From NCBI GenBank assembly GCA_002269645.1, contig NIVC01000052.1:744001-808000 (forward strand): 64,000 bases of DNA, in the 5' to 3' direction. The translations under genes and the position numbers were made by a program. This DNA comes from Macrostomum lignano (Eukaryota). This document shows, piece by piece, positions 24,207 to 36,394 of the stretch (positions are counted from its first letter, which is position 1; each line of letters starts with the position of its first letter). The notes under the pieces are model-generated. The model did not search any database. It saw only the letters and a program-made list of their open reading frames with translations, and was not told the DNA's origin.

Positions 24207-24311
24207 CCACCCGCCCAGCCGTGGGAACTCGTGAATAATTCCGAAATCGGCAGTCAGGCAGGATGTAAACAGACTCCCCGGGCCCAGGCCGCACACACCC
24301 GTGAAGGGAAT
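24207..24311 (-). CDS. PDZ gene exon 6 (DSLHGCVRPGPGESVYILPDCRFRNYSRVPTAGRV)
   Basis: TTGCACAG acceptor, G|GTAGGT donor, 105 nt, phase 1/1 matching both neighbours. Confidence 0.55.
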
Positions 24312-24586
24312 CTGTGCAAATCCCAGCAGCTTAGGCCCCGGGCGGAGGCTCCTCCGTACCAATGCAGGCAAATTTACAGCTATGCAAATGCGAAAAAAGC
24401 AAATCCCGCTGACATGAGCGAAGGGAGACCGAAGCAGACGGGAAGTGATGAAGTGTGCTATTGTTTGCCTCTCAAAAAGTATTGCATTGCAGTGAGCGTT
24501 CATGCGGACTGCGTTGATGCATTAGTCCCTACCCAGCTCCCACTGCATGCCCTGGCCTAAGCCTCTACCAATAACACTGGCGGTTG

Positions 24587-26327
24587 CTATCTCACCCTCA
24601 TCTGTAATCCTCTCTATCTCACCCTCATCTGTAATCCTCTCTATCTCACCCTCATCTGTAATCCTCTCTATCTCACCCTCATCTGTAATCCTCTCTATCT
24701 CACCCTCATCTGTAATCCTCTCTATCTCACCCTCATCTGTAATCCTCTCTATCTCACCCTCATCTGTAATCCTCTCTATCTCACCCTCATCTGTAATCCT
24801 CTCTATCTCACCCTCATCTGTAATCCTCTCTATCTCACCATCATCTGTAATCCTCTCTATCTCACCCTCATCTGTAATCCTCTCTATCTCACCCTCATCT
24901 GTAATCCTCTCTATCTCACCCTCATCTGTAATCCTCTCTATCTCACCCTCATCTGTAATCCTCTCTATCTCACCCTCATCTGTAATCCTCTCTATCTCAC
25001 CCTCATCTGTAATCCTCTCTATCTCACCCTCATCTGTAATCCTCTCTATCTCACCCTCATCTGTAATCCTCTCTATCTCACCCTCATCTGTAATCCTCTC
25101 TATCTCACCCTCATCTGTAATCCTCTCTATCTCACCCTCATCTGTAATCCTCTTTATCTCACCCTCATCTGTAATCCTCTTTATCTCACCCTCATCTGTA
25201 ATCCTCTCTATCTCACCCTCATCTGTAATCCTCTCTATCTCACCCTCATCTGTAATCCTCTCTATCTCACCCTCATCTGTAATCCTCTCTATCTCACCCT
25301 CATCTGTAATCCTCTCTATCTCTCCCTCATCTGTAATCCTCTTTATCTCAGCCTCATCTATAATCCTCTCTATCTCACCCTCATCTGTAATCTTCTCTAT
25401 CTCATTCCTAATCCTCTCAATCTCATCCATAATCCTGTCAATCTCATTTCTAATCCTGTCACTTTCATCCCTAATCCTGTCAATCTCACCCCTAATCCTG
25501 TCTATCTCACTCTCATCCCTAGTCAACTCTATCATTGTCATCCCCTATCTCACCCTCATCTGTAATCCTCTCTATCTCACCCTCATCTGTAATCCTCTCT
25601 ATCTCACCCTCATCTGTAATCCTCTCTATCTCACCCTCATCTGTAATCCTCTCTATCTCACCCTCATCTGTAATCCTCTCTATCTCACCCTCATCTGTAA
25701 TCCTCTCTATCTCACCCTCATCTGTAATCCTCTCTATCTCACCCTCATCTGTAATCCTCTCTATCTCACCCTCATCTGTAATCCTCTCTATCTCACCATC
25801 ATCTGTAATCCTCTCTATCTCACCCTCATCTGTAATCCTCTCTATCTCACCCTCATCTGTAATCCTCTCTATCTCACCCTCATCTGTAATCCTCTCTATC
25901 TCACCCTCATCTGTAATCCTCTCTATCTCACCCTCATCTGTAATCCTCTCTATCTCACCCTCATCTGTAATCCTCTCTATCTCACCCTCATCTGTAATCC
26001 TCTCTATCTCACCCTCATCTGTAATCCTCTCTATCTCACCCTCATCTGTAATCCTCTCTATCTCACCCTCATCTGTAATCCTCTCTATCTCTCCCTCATC
26101 TGTAATCCTCTTTATCTCAGCCTCATCTATAATCCTCTCTATCTCACCCTCATCTGTAATCTTCTCTATCTCATTCCTAATCCTCTCAATCTCATCCATA
26201 ATCCTGCCAATCTCATTTCTAATCCTGTCACTTTCATCCCTAATCCTGTCAATCTCACCCCTAATCCTGTCTATCTCACTCTCATCCCTAGTCAACTCTA
26301 TCATTGTCATCCCCTATCTCACCCTCA
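24587..26327. repeat. 27-bp minisatellite (CTATCTCACCCTCATCTGTAATCCTCT) in two duplicated blocks, each with a degenerate tail
   Basis: Blocks 24587-25544 and 25545-26313. Confidence 0.95.
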
Positions 26328-26513
26328 ATCGCATCCTTGAGAGCATTTGTTTTCGCCTTCCACTTATTTAAAAAGCACAACGTACTATGAAGAGCAGCAC
26401 AAAACTAAAAAGTAACGCCTCCACAACCCATAAATTAAGCTTCAATGCCCTACCTCTAACCAGAAAGCTATGATTAGGAGTGGCTTAGGAGGGAGTTAAC
26501 ACGCAACGCTCAC

Positions 26514-27092
26514 CAGGAACGGTGGAGAACAGAAACACAGGCACGGGGGAGGCCGACCCGATGGCCGAGCCGGTGGCCGCTCGCTGCCGCATGCCAACCA
26601 ACGGCGTCTGCGGCGACGGCGACATCGAAAGGGACGAGTCCTCGCCGCTCAGCCGGCCAAACACAGAGGAGGCGGACGGCGAGGCCAGCTGGGACTTCGC
26701 TGGCGAGGACTGCACAGACCGGGGCGACCAAGGCGGCGCCAGCTGCTCCAGCTGCTGATGCTGAGGCGACCGGGGATAGCCGCGCCTCAAGTGCACCCGC
26801 GGGGAGGTCGGCCCGGCAGCGGCGGCGGACGTCAACGACGAAGGCGAGGACAGACCGCGCTCCGGCGTGCAGCGTCGTTTCTCTCGACGGGTGACCCGCG
26901 GCCCGTCGGCGCCATCGCAGGATTGACTCAGGGGCGAGTCCATTGTGGCAAAGGCTTCCTCTTCGTCGCTGGGGAACAGCTCTGCTCGGTCTTCCACCGC
27001 GCTGGCGTCTTCTGCTTTTGCAACAGTAGGCGACGCCAATGACAGCACCGTCAGCGCGATCCGATTCACGCGGCTGCGAGGGCAACGGTGAA
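26514..27092 (-). CDS. PDZ gene exon 5 (large Ser/Pro-rich exon)
   Basis: GC-rich unique sequence with an open frame (unique part of track ORF 26485-27741); CTAG acceptor, G|GTGAGC donor, 579 nt, phase 1/1. Confidence 0.75.
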
Positions 27093-28257
27093 CTAGACTA
27101 GCAATCCACTCTATTCCTGCATCCGTGTTATTGACTAGGCTAGCAATCCACTCTATTCCTGCATCCGTGTTATTGACTAGGCTAGCAATCCACTCTATTC
27201 TTGCACCCGTGATGTTGGCTAGACTAGCAATCCACTCTATTCCTGCATCCGTGATGTTGGCTAGACTAGCAATCCACTCTATTCCTGCAACCGTGATGTT
27301 GGCTAGACTAGCAATCCACTCTATTCCTGCACCCGTGATGTTGGCTAGACTAGCAATCCACTCTATTCCTGCATCCGTGTTATTGACTAGGCTAGCAATC
27401 CACTCTATTCTTGCACCCGTGATGTTGGCTAGACTAGCAATCCACTCTATTCCTGCATCTGTGATGTTGGCTAGACTAGCAATCCACTCTATTCCTGCAC
27501 CCGTGATGTTGGCTAGACTAGCAATCCACTCTATTCCTGCACCCGTGATGTTGGCTAGACTAGCAATCCACTCTATTCCTGCACCCGTGATGTTGGCTAG
27601 ACTAGCAATCCACTCTATTCCTGCATCCGTGTTATTGACTAGGCTAGCAATCCACTCTATTCCTGCACCCGTGATGTTGGCTAGACTAGCAATCCACTCT
27701 ATTCCTGCACCCGTGATGTTGACTAGACTATAGCAATCCACTCTATTCCTGCACCCGTGATGTTGGCTAGACTAGCAATCCACTCTATTCCTGCACCCGT
27801 GATGTTGGCTAGACTAGCAATCCACTCTATTCCTGCACCCGTGATGTTGACTAGACTATAGCAATCCACTCTATTCCTGCACCCGTGATGTTGACTAGAC
27901 TATAGCAATCCACTCTATTCCTGCACCCGTGATGTTGGCTAGACTAGCAATCCACTCTATTCCTGCACCCGTGATGTTGACTAGACTATAGCAATCCACT
28001 CTATTCCTGCACCCGTGATGTTGGCTAGACTAGCAATCCACTCTATTCCTGCACCCGTGATGTTGGCTAGACTAGCAATCCACTCTATTCCTGCACCCGT
28101 GATGTTGACTAGACTATAGCAATCCACTCTATTCCTGCACCCGTGATGTTGACTAGACTATAGCAATCCACTCTATTCCTGCACCCGTGATGTTGACTAG
28201 ACTAGCAATCCACTCTATTCCTGCACCCGTGATGTTGACTAGACTAGCAATCCATTC
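27093..28257. repeat. 42-bp minisatellite (CTAGACTAGCAATCCACTCTATTCCTGCACCCGTGATGTTGG) with a 44-bp variant
   Basis: Direct tandem array abutting the exon 5 acceptor. Confidence 0.97.
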
Positions 28258-28875
28258 TGGCCCCTACTTCTACTAGAGCATAGCAGCAATCACACTATCT
28301 CACTATAAACAAAAATGAATGATGATGCAAAGTCTACTAGACTGCTGCAACCCATCAGTAAATAGAGAAAATGCAGACCTTTTAACAAATAAAAGTGCAT
28401 TCAAACTAATCCAATTTAAACTGAATTATAACGCAAAGAAACTAATCGCTGTCACCTGTGCAAACAAATCAATTTTAAATGGTTCAAGCTGTCTACACAA
28501 AGTTTAGGCACATGTCTACAATCTACTAAATTCTTTAATTCTGTTATTTTACATTTTGTGCCAAAAATACTATCGCGCATGCTTTACAACAGACTTTTTA
28601 CAGAATTTTTGTTAGTTTTAACGACTATAAATGTTAATTAAAGGAAAAATAACGAATATTGGTGCACCAATCTAGTAGCTAAACCAAAACAGCCTCATGA
28701 GGAACTACATGTGCACCTACAAAGTTTTTATTCTACACAAAATAGTTGCTATGTCAATGAGCAGTGATGCATTAAATAGGGAAAGTTAAGGAGAAACAAG
28801 GATGGAAAGACAATGTATACATTAAGACGAAAATAAAAAGTACTCGGCAACACTTAAGCAGGTGCGCGCACATAC

Positions 28876-29095
28876 CCTGGCTGCGGTCTGCGGGCGGCCC
28901 GGCTGACAGGCAAGTGGCGCTGGCCTGCAGGACAACGCGCAGCAGTTTTGGGGAAATTGGCGTTATTGTGGGGTTCACTGCCGCTGGCAACTGGGCGGCA
29001 ACGGCCCGACGGACACCGCTTGTGGGGTGGGCATTGCGCAAATGGATAGGCGGAGATTGGTGGGCACAGAAAGACAGAATAAGACGGACAGAAAG
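28876..29095 (-). CDS. PDZ gene exon 4 (LSVRLILSFCAHQ...VRRAVAAQLPAAV...LLRVVLQASATCL...)
   Basis: TGTCAG acceptor directly after (TCTG)n, AGG|GTATGT donor, 220 nt, phase 0/1. Confidence 0.65.
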
Positions 29096-29096
29096 C

Positions 29097-29698
<602 letters not shown>

Positions 29699-29894
29699 GC
29701 ACATGGAAAGGCAGAGGAATGGACAGGCAAAACGTGACAAAAGCCGCATAAAATGCGCACCTTTTTAATATAAAAAATGAATCAAAAGCAAAACTCAGGA
29801 AGACAGCGCTGCAACAACGGTAAAAAGGTGAGGAAATGATGTAGAATTTCGAAACAGGCCAGCGCATAAATTTGGAAGCCCCAAAAACACTTGC

Positions 29895-30036
29895 CTCTGA
29901 ACAGGGACAGGTATACAAAATCACAGGAGGATTTGCAGCGGTATCGCGTGCTCCGCTTGCCAAGTCCGGAACCGAGTCCTGGATTCTCAATCTCCGCCCG
30001 GCTGGCTGTCCTGTGCTACTGAGTTCGATAGTAGAC
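29895..30036 (-). CDS. PDZ gene exon 3 (end of PDZ, STIEL...; ends at a GC donor)
   Basis: CCGTAG acceptor, GAG|GCAAGT donor, 142 nt, phase 2/0; completes the last PDZ strand. Confidence 0.7.
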
Positions 30037-30611
30037 CTACGGCTGGCGAGAGAGTTGCTGGGCCCGCGCTATTTATCCACCCGCCGGATGGGGAGGGGCT
30101 GAGGGAGGGCGAGGCCTCAGTCAAAAGCCAATCCAGCTTGCATGCCATCAGATCCGGCTAAGGATGAAGCGCAGGCATGAGGATATCGGGGAGGGAGACT
30201 CAGGAAATAAATAGTTCCTGGGAGAATTTAGGAGACAAGGCGGCCCTGTGGCTTCTTCTGTTACACGCTTAATCTGCTGGCCGGCCGTGTAGGACTCGCA
30301 AACTAAAAGTACACAGCCGCGTGCGCCTGACAGAGGAGTCATCAACGTCAAATTATGGGCTAGGCTAGGCTAGAGTTTTTTTATTAACCCACAGGGGCCC
30401 GGGTTAGTGATCCCAGATCATTTATAAGATTGCCCATCCACTCGCAATCACATAATACAGCCGCTATAACGTCAACTCCAGTGAGTTCACTTCTCAAAGC
30501 AAATTAATACTTTTTTGAGGAAAAATACTCGAACTTGAAGTGTTTACATGCTATGCAAAAGTACACGGAGTTAAAAATGGAAAGGAAAGTGATGGATAGA
30601 AGAGGAGAGAA

Positions 30612-31725
30612 GGGAGACCCGTTGAGTGAGGGAGAGACAGGAGAGTGAGAGAAGGGAGACCAGTGGAGTGAGAAAGACACGACAGGGAAGGGAGACCAGT
30701 GGAGTGAGACACGACAGGGAGAGAAGGGAGACCAGTGGAGTGAGAGAGACACGACAGGGAAGGGAGACCAGTGGAGTGAGAGAGACACGACAGGGAGAGA
30801 AGGGAGACCAGTGGAGTGAGACACGACAGGGAGAGAAGGGAGTCCAGTGGAGTGAGAGAGACACGACAGGGAGAGAAGGGAGACCAGTGGAGTGAGAGAG
30901 ACACGACAGGGAGAGAAGGGAGACCAGTGGAGTGAGAGAGACACGACAGGGAGAGAAGGGAGACCAGTGGAGTGAGAGACACGACAGGGAGAGAAGGGAG
31001 ACCAGTGGAGTGAGAGAGACACGACAGGGAGAGAAGGGAGACCAGTGGAGTGAGAGAGACACGACAGGGAGAGAAGGGAGACCAGTGGAGTGAGAGAGAC
31101 ACGACAGGGAGAGAAGGGAGACCAGTGGAGTGAGAGAGACACGACAGGGAGGGAAGGGAGTCCAGTGGAGTGGGAGAGACACGACAGGGAGAGAAGGGAG
31201 ACCAGTGGAGTGAGAGAGACACGACAGGGAGAGAAGGGAGACCAGTGGAGTGAGAGACACGACAGGGAGAGAAGGGAGACCAGTGGAGTGAGAGAGACAC
31301 GACAGGGAGAGAAGGGAGACCAGTGGAGTGAGAGAGACACGACAGGGAGAGAAGGGAGACCAGTGGAGTGAGAGAGACACGACAGGGAGAGAAGGGAGAC
31401 CAGTGGAGTGAGAGAGACACGAGAGTGAGAGAAGGGAGACCAGTGGAGTGAGGGAGAGACACGACAGGGAAGGGAGACCAGTGGAGTGAGAGAGACACGA
31501 CAGGGAGAGAAGGGAGACCAGTGGAGTGAGAGAGACACGACAGGGAGAGAAGGGAGACCAGTGGAGTGAGAGAGACACGACAGGGAAGGGAGACCAGTGG
31601 AGTGAGAGAGACACGACAGGGAGAGAAGGGAGACCAGTGGAGTTAGAGAGACACGACAGGGAGAGAAGGGAGACCAGTGGAGTGAGAGAGACACGAAAGG
31701 GAGAGAAGGGAGACCAGTGGTGGAG
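30612..31725. repeat. ~40-bp purine-rich minisatellite (GAGAGAGACACGACAGGGAGAGAAGGGAGACCAGTGGAGT)
   Basis: Direct tandem array with GA slippage variants. Confidence 0.95.
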
Positions 31726-32499
31726 ACACGAGAGAGTCGAAGTTGCAAATAGCGGAGCTAAGAATTCCAATTGGTTCCATAACTACTTTTAAATTTACTT
31801 CATAATTCTATTTTTATCGTAATTATTTTGCTCGCATAGTATACCGCGGGACACAGCACCACTGCAGGGGGTCTGATGGTGGCTTGAAGGCAGAGGGAAT
31901 TCGAAGCCCCAACTGCCCCGATATTACTTGGCCAAATCGGCCTACCGGCCACTTGTTCCAGCGCCCAGAGGGGAGCAGATGGCCGAGGTGCGGCACAGCA
32001 AGTGCAATTTTCGTACTAGTAAATAATATAGTTTTATGGTACCATACAGATAAATAGTAAAAGCCAAGTCTCTCAGTCCCAATACAGACATTTAACTGTG
32101 GCGCTGGCTGGAATCCAGCCAGAGTTAATTGATGAAGTTATCGCGGCAATATAAGATACTTGGAGTCAACTTTCACTTTTTTATGTGGCTGCCAGCCAGT
32201 TTAAAGTGCAAATATAACGCTCTGTTAATGAGATTTCTCTGTATCTCTCTGAGTCTGCCAAGTTTCTGCAGAGCCGAATTCTATCCGTTGGAACCCGATG
32301 ACTGCTCAGGCAATTGAGCAAAAAATGCATTTCTTGTACAGCCCCCGTTCTCTAAGAATAGCAAAAGCATTTGTTTAAGAATTTCCTAACAATCTTAATT
32401 CTTTCTACAAAACAATCGCATAAAACGTTTTTTTTGCGAATCGAATCCCAGCAACCTAGAATGTGATTCTACTTCACAAATATCGAATATTTATTTTCC

Positions 32500-32720
32500 A
32501 AGATTCGAACTCCAGTTTTCTTGGAATTGAATCCGATTTTCCAGGAATCAAATCCTACTTTCCAGGAATTGAATTAGACTTTCAAGGAATTAAATTCGAC
32601 TTTCCAGGAATCAAATCCTACTTTCCAGGAATTGAATTAGACTTTCAAGGAATTAAATTCGACTTTCCAGGAATCAAATCCTACTTTCCAGGAATTGAAT
32701 TCGACTTTCCAGGAATTGAA
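32500..32720. repeat. Degenerate 21-bp repeat (TTTCCAGGAAT core) with a 63-bp exact duplication
   Basis: Direct observation. Confidence 0.8.
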
Positions 32721-33061
32721 TCCAATTTTAGAGAAAATAAACCCCATTTTTCATGAACTGATTCTCATTTTCCTGGAATCGAATTACATTTTCTAAGAAT
32801 AGAATTTCATTTTGCAAGAATCTCATACAGAAAAGCTGCATATTTTCTGAGCCAATAGCCATTACATAGACATGGAAGCCAAAATTATTAAGATTAGCAT
32901 AATTATTAAGCTCCTGAGACTGTGGGATGGTCGCAACTCTCCCAGTGACTGCTTCAAAGGATGATGGCAAAGAAGCCTAGCTGGTTGCGTACTAACCTCG
33001 GCCAACTCAACTTAACTAAGAAGTCATATTGTTAGTTGCATTGCACGCATTAAGAGCTCAC

Positions 33062-33212
33062 CGATTCTCCAGCAGATTGCGCAGCGCCTCCTCGCTGAAG
33101 CGGCTCAGCGGGGTGCCGTTGATGGCGGAGATTCGGTCACCGCGGCGGAGCCCGGCGCGGGCGGACGGACCTCCAGGAGCGACCTCGGTGACAGGGACGA
33201 CCGCGTTGCGAG
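33062..33212 (-). CDS. PDZ gene exon 2 (RNAVVPVTEVAPGGPSARAGLRRGDRISAINGTPLSRFSEEALRNLLEN)
   Basis: Classic PDZ signature V..V.PGGP..RAGL..GD.I..ING; GGACAG acceptor, CG|GTGAGC donor, 151 nt, phase 1/2. Confidence 0.9.
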
Positions 33213-33411
33213 CTGTCCGGGACAGTCGGGAAGAGAGACCGAGGGTTTGGATTTGAATGCAAAGTTCTGCACTATTGAGACTTTTACAGTAGAAATTCGA
33301 CAGCAGAAAATGCCTTTGACACTACTTATAGCGACCAGATGGAGTGTAAAAACTCTACAAGCATAGACATTAAACACAAAAATACCCACACACATTTTAG
33401 TATGTAAAAAA

Positions 33412-34070
33412 TAAGCCAGACACTCAATCAGCCCCACACATTCTGCGAACATTCCCTATTTAGCATGTAAAATATAAGCCAGACACTCAATCAGCAGACA
33501 TTCTGCGAACATTCCCTATTTAGCATGTAAAATATAAGCCAGACACTCAATCAGCAGACATTCTGCGAACATTCCCTATTTAGCATGTAAAATATAAGCC
33601 AGACACTCAATCAGCAGACATTCTGCGAGCATTCCCTATTTAGTATGTGAAATAAGCCAGACACTCAATCAGCAGACATTCTGCGAACATTCCCTATTTA
33701 GCATGTAAAATATAAGCCATACACTCAATCAGCAGACATTCTGCGAACATTCCCTATTTAGTATGTGAAATAAGCCAGACACTCAATCAGCAGACATTCT
33801 GCGAACATTCCCTATTTAGTATGTGAAATAAGCCAGACACTCAATCAGCACACATTCTGCGAACATTCCCTATTTAGTATGTGAAATAAGCCAGACACTC
33901 AATCAGCACACATTCTGCGAACATTCCCTATTTAGTATGTGAAATAAGCCAGACACTCAATCAGCAGACATTCTGCGAACATTCCCTATTTAGTATGTGA
34001 AATAAGCCAGACACTCAATCAGCAGACATTCTGCGAACATTCCCTATTTAGCATGTAAAATAAGCCAGAC
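33412..34070. repeat. 58-60-bp minisatellite (TAAGCCAGACACTCAATCAGCAGACATTCTGCGAACATTCCCTATTTAG...)
   Basis: About 11 tandem units filling intron 1 of the PDZ gene. Confidence 0.95.
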
Positions 34071-34338
34071 AGAATACACTATCTGATGCAAATGCGCAAT
34101 CAGCGTCCCCTAAAAATAAGCAAGTGTTACCGAATATTCTGCTGAACAAAACAGTGTGGATTTTGTCGGCATATCGGCAGAACTGCGCAGAATTACTAAT
34201 AAATAATTTATTGTCATATTGCCTGCAAAATTCTTATCGCCTTCCAGACCTCAAGTACTGTGTTCGCAGAAGGCACAACCTGAAACAGATTTAGTAAATT
34301 CGCATGAAAGCAAAAACTTTGCAGCGAAATCAGCTTAC

Positions 34339-34417
34339 ACTGGTCTGTGGCAAAGCTGATCGAGATGCCATAGCCTGGATCATCCGGATTGCGCAATACA
34401 ATGACTGTCCTGTCCAT
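34339..34417 (-). CDS. PDZ gene first recognisable coding exon (MDRTVIVLRNPDDPGYGISISFATDQ)
   Basis: PDZ first strand plus a GYGI carboxylate-binding loop; T|GTAAGC donor in phase 1 joins exon 2 in frame. The ATG assignment is tentative. Confidence 0.8.
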
Positions 34418-34547
34418 TGCGGCCGCCTCTGCTGCATGCAGAATCGCTGTGAATAAAATGATGCATGGCATAGACTACAGTCCTGTTATTCCAACAAAAC
34501 TAGGAACTGTTTGTACTTTTCATTTTTATAAAACAACTACTATTCGA

Positions 34548-34732
34548 TGGGAGGCTGTTGGGAGGTCCAGCACGGCACTCTTATGCGCAAGAAGCCCAGG
34601 CATAAGTGCAGTCATAAATTAGGGGGCTAAATCGGAATCTTGGCTTGGCTCTGCTCGTGAAGTTTATGCCCTTCAGGGCCAACCCCCAAGGTATAGTAAA
34701 GCGCCCGAGTACATGCTAAACAATAAATAAAG
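34548..34732 (+). mobile_element. tRNA-derived SINE family B, decayed copy
   Basis: AAGTGCAGTCA...GGGGCT.AAT.GGAATCT.GGCTTGGCTCTGCTCGTG...GCCAACCCCCAAGG is shared with the reverse complement of 58428-58615. Confidence 0.7.
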
Positions 34733-36394
34733 TTGTTCTTTGCAAACTTTTAAGAAACGAATATCAAAATAATATTTAGTACATACACACCCTAAGAATT
34801 CCCTCTGTGAGAGGTCTGCACATGAGAATGAGTTATTAGAATCTGAATGGGACTCAACTTATTGGGAACTAAGAAAGTACTACTTGGGGCTAAGGTTAGT
34901 CAGATGTGAGAGGCCTGCTATTGTCTATATAGATACATGACAGATGGCTGACCCAGCTGATTCAGCCAGGTGACCCCATGCTCAAGGCAGTAGGCAATTA
35001 CAAATTGCAAAACCAATCAATCACACACAAAAAATAGTAAGGGGTACACATGACAAACATAAGCAAAAAAATTAGACAAAAATGTTTGCGGAATACATTT
35101 AAAAAGCAATCAGCACTACCTCTTTGATTTTAATGAAATAAATCAATATAGACAAATGCAAAAGCATAATATATAAGTTGAGAACAATTGTGTCTCATAA
35201 AGCAATATTAGATGCTTTCAAATCTCTAAGAATGCTCTGACAACATACATGCACAACAGCTGGCCGAGTTGGCCAATCCGGCCGACCGATTTTGGCGGCC
35301 AACCAAGGTAAGTTGCAAAAATGCCCACCCGAATAAATACCCAAGTAGTACTAAGTAGATAACGAGGCACTTTGCCTTAGTAAGACAATTATATTTACTC
35401 CTGCCGTTTACCCAAAGTTGTGTTAATTTTGCTTTAAGGTTTCTTTCACATGTAAGTCGCATTTTTGGCCAAAAACAGCGTCACATTTTTGTTAAAACTA
35501 AGTCAAAGGGCCGACCGAATTTTGGAGGTAACACATGTATGTCTGACAATTTCTTCTACTTTTCTATTCAAGCAGTGTAGGATAAAGCTCTACTTGCTAA
35601 ATTCTTCATTTGTTATATCCAAGCTTATCTAATGAAATCTGTTATTTCTAAGGTGATTCTACCAGGCCTAACATATATAAAATTATGGCCTACCTTATAT
35701 TTTTTAAATGTTGCTTTTTAACTTAAATTGTAGTAGACCAAGGGTAAGTTGCAAAAATGCCTATCCAAAATAATATAGATATAGTACTAACTAGATGACA
35801 AAGCATTTAGCCTTAATAAGACAGTTATAGTTGCTTTTCCCAAAATTAGGTTAATTTTTACTTTAGGGTTTCTTTTACAAATAAGTCATATTCTGGTCAA
35901 AAGTGCACGCGAAGGCGTATTCAGCATGCCAGTGAAGTATGAGACAGACTAGGCCTACGAGCTAAGGTCTGCGATGCTTCACGCCTGCCCCCATCTTCAG
36001 CAGGTCAAGGCTGGTGGGAGGTCTGCACCCTCTATTTGCCTCTGGCAGCCGCAGACTCCCCCACGCTGTCTCGCAAGTCGACCCAGGGGTACTCGTCCCC
36101 GCGTGTGTTCAAGGCAGACCCTAGGGCTGCTGGACAGACTGGGCTCCGGCGCTGGCGACCCTATCCAGTGGCTTCGGCCGAATTTGGGTATGCGGGTCTG
36201 GCTCACCAGCCTGCAGGCCGTGGTACTGCTTAACGTACCCTCTAATGCCTAAGGTGTTTGACCGTGCCGATGGGCTGGAAGGCCGGGGAGTAGTCCGGTC
36301 GCTAGCGGTCCTTTTTTCAAACCGGCTGGCTTGAGGTGTCGGCCAGTCGGGTACTCAACTCGCATAACGAGTAGCCCTCCCCCGCTTTTCAGCT

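Noticed and set aside
24522-26371. GEIERITDE / ISPSSVILS repeat proteins
   Set aside because: Artefacts of the 27-bp minisatellite inside a predicted intron.
35303-35902. Diverged ~165-bp direct repeats flanking the LINE insertion site
   Set aside because: They look like an old local duplication or eroded satellite, with no evidence of target-site specificity from a single insertion.
36170-36250. Attempted HDV-like ribozyme fit in the LINE 5' UTR (P4 GGTAC/GTACC, CTAA)
   Set aside because: No acceptable P3/L3 (YCCNCG) or P2 pairing was found; kept only as a generic structured-UTR finding.
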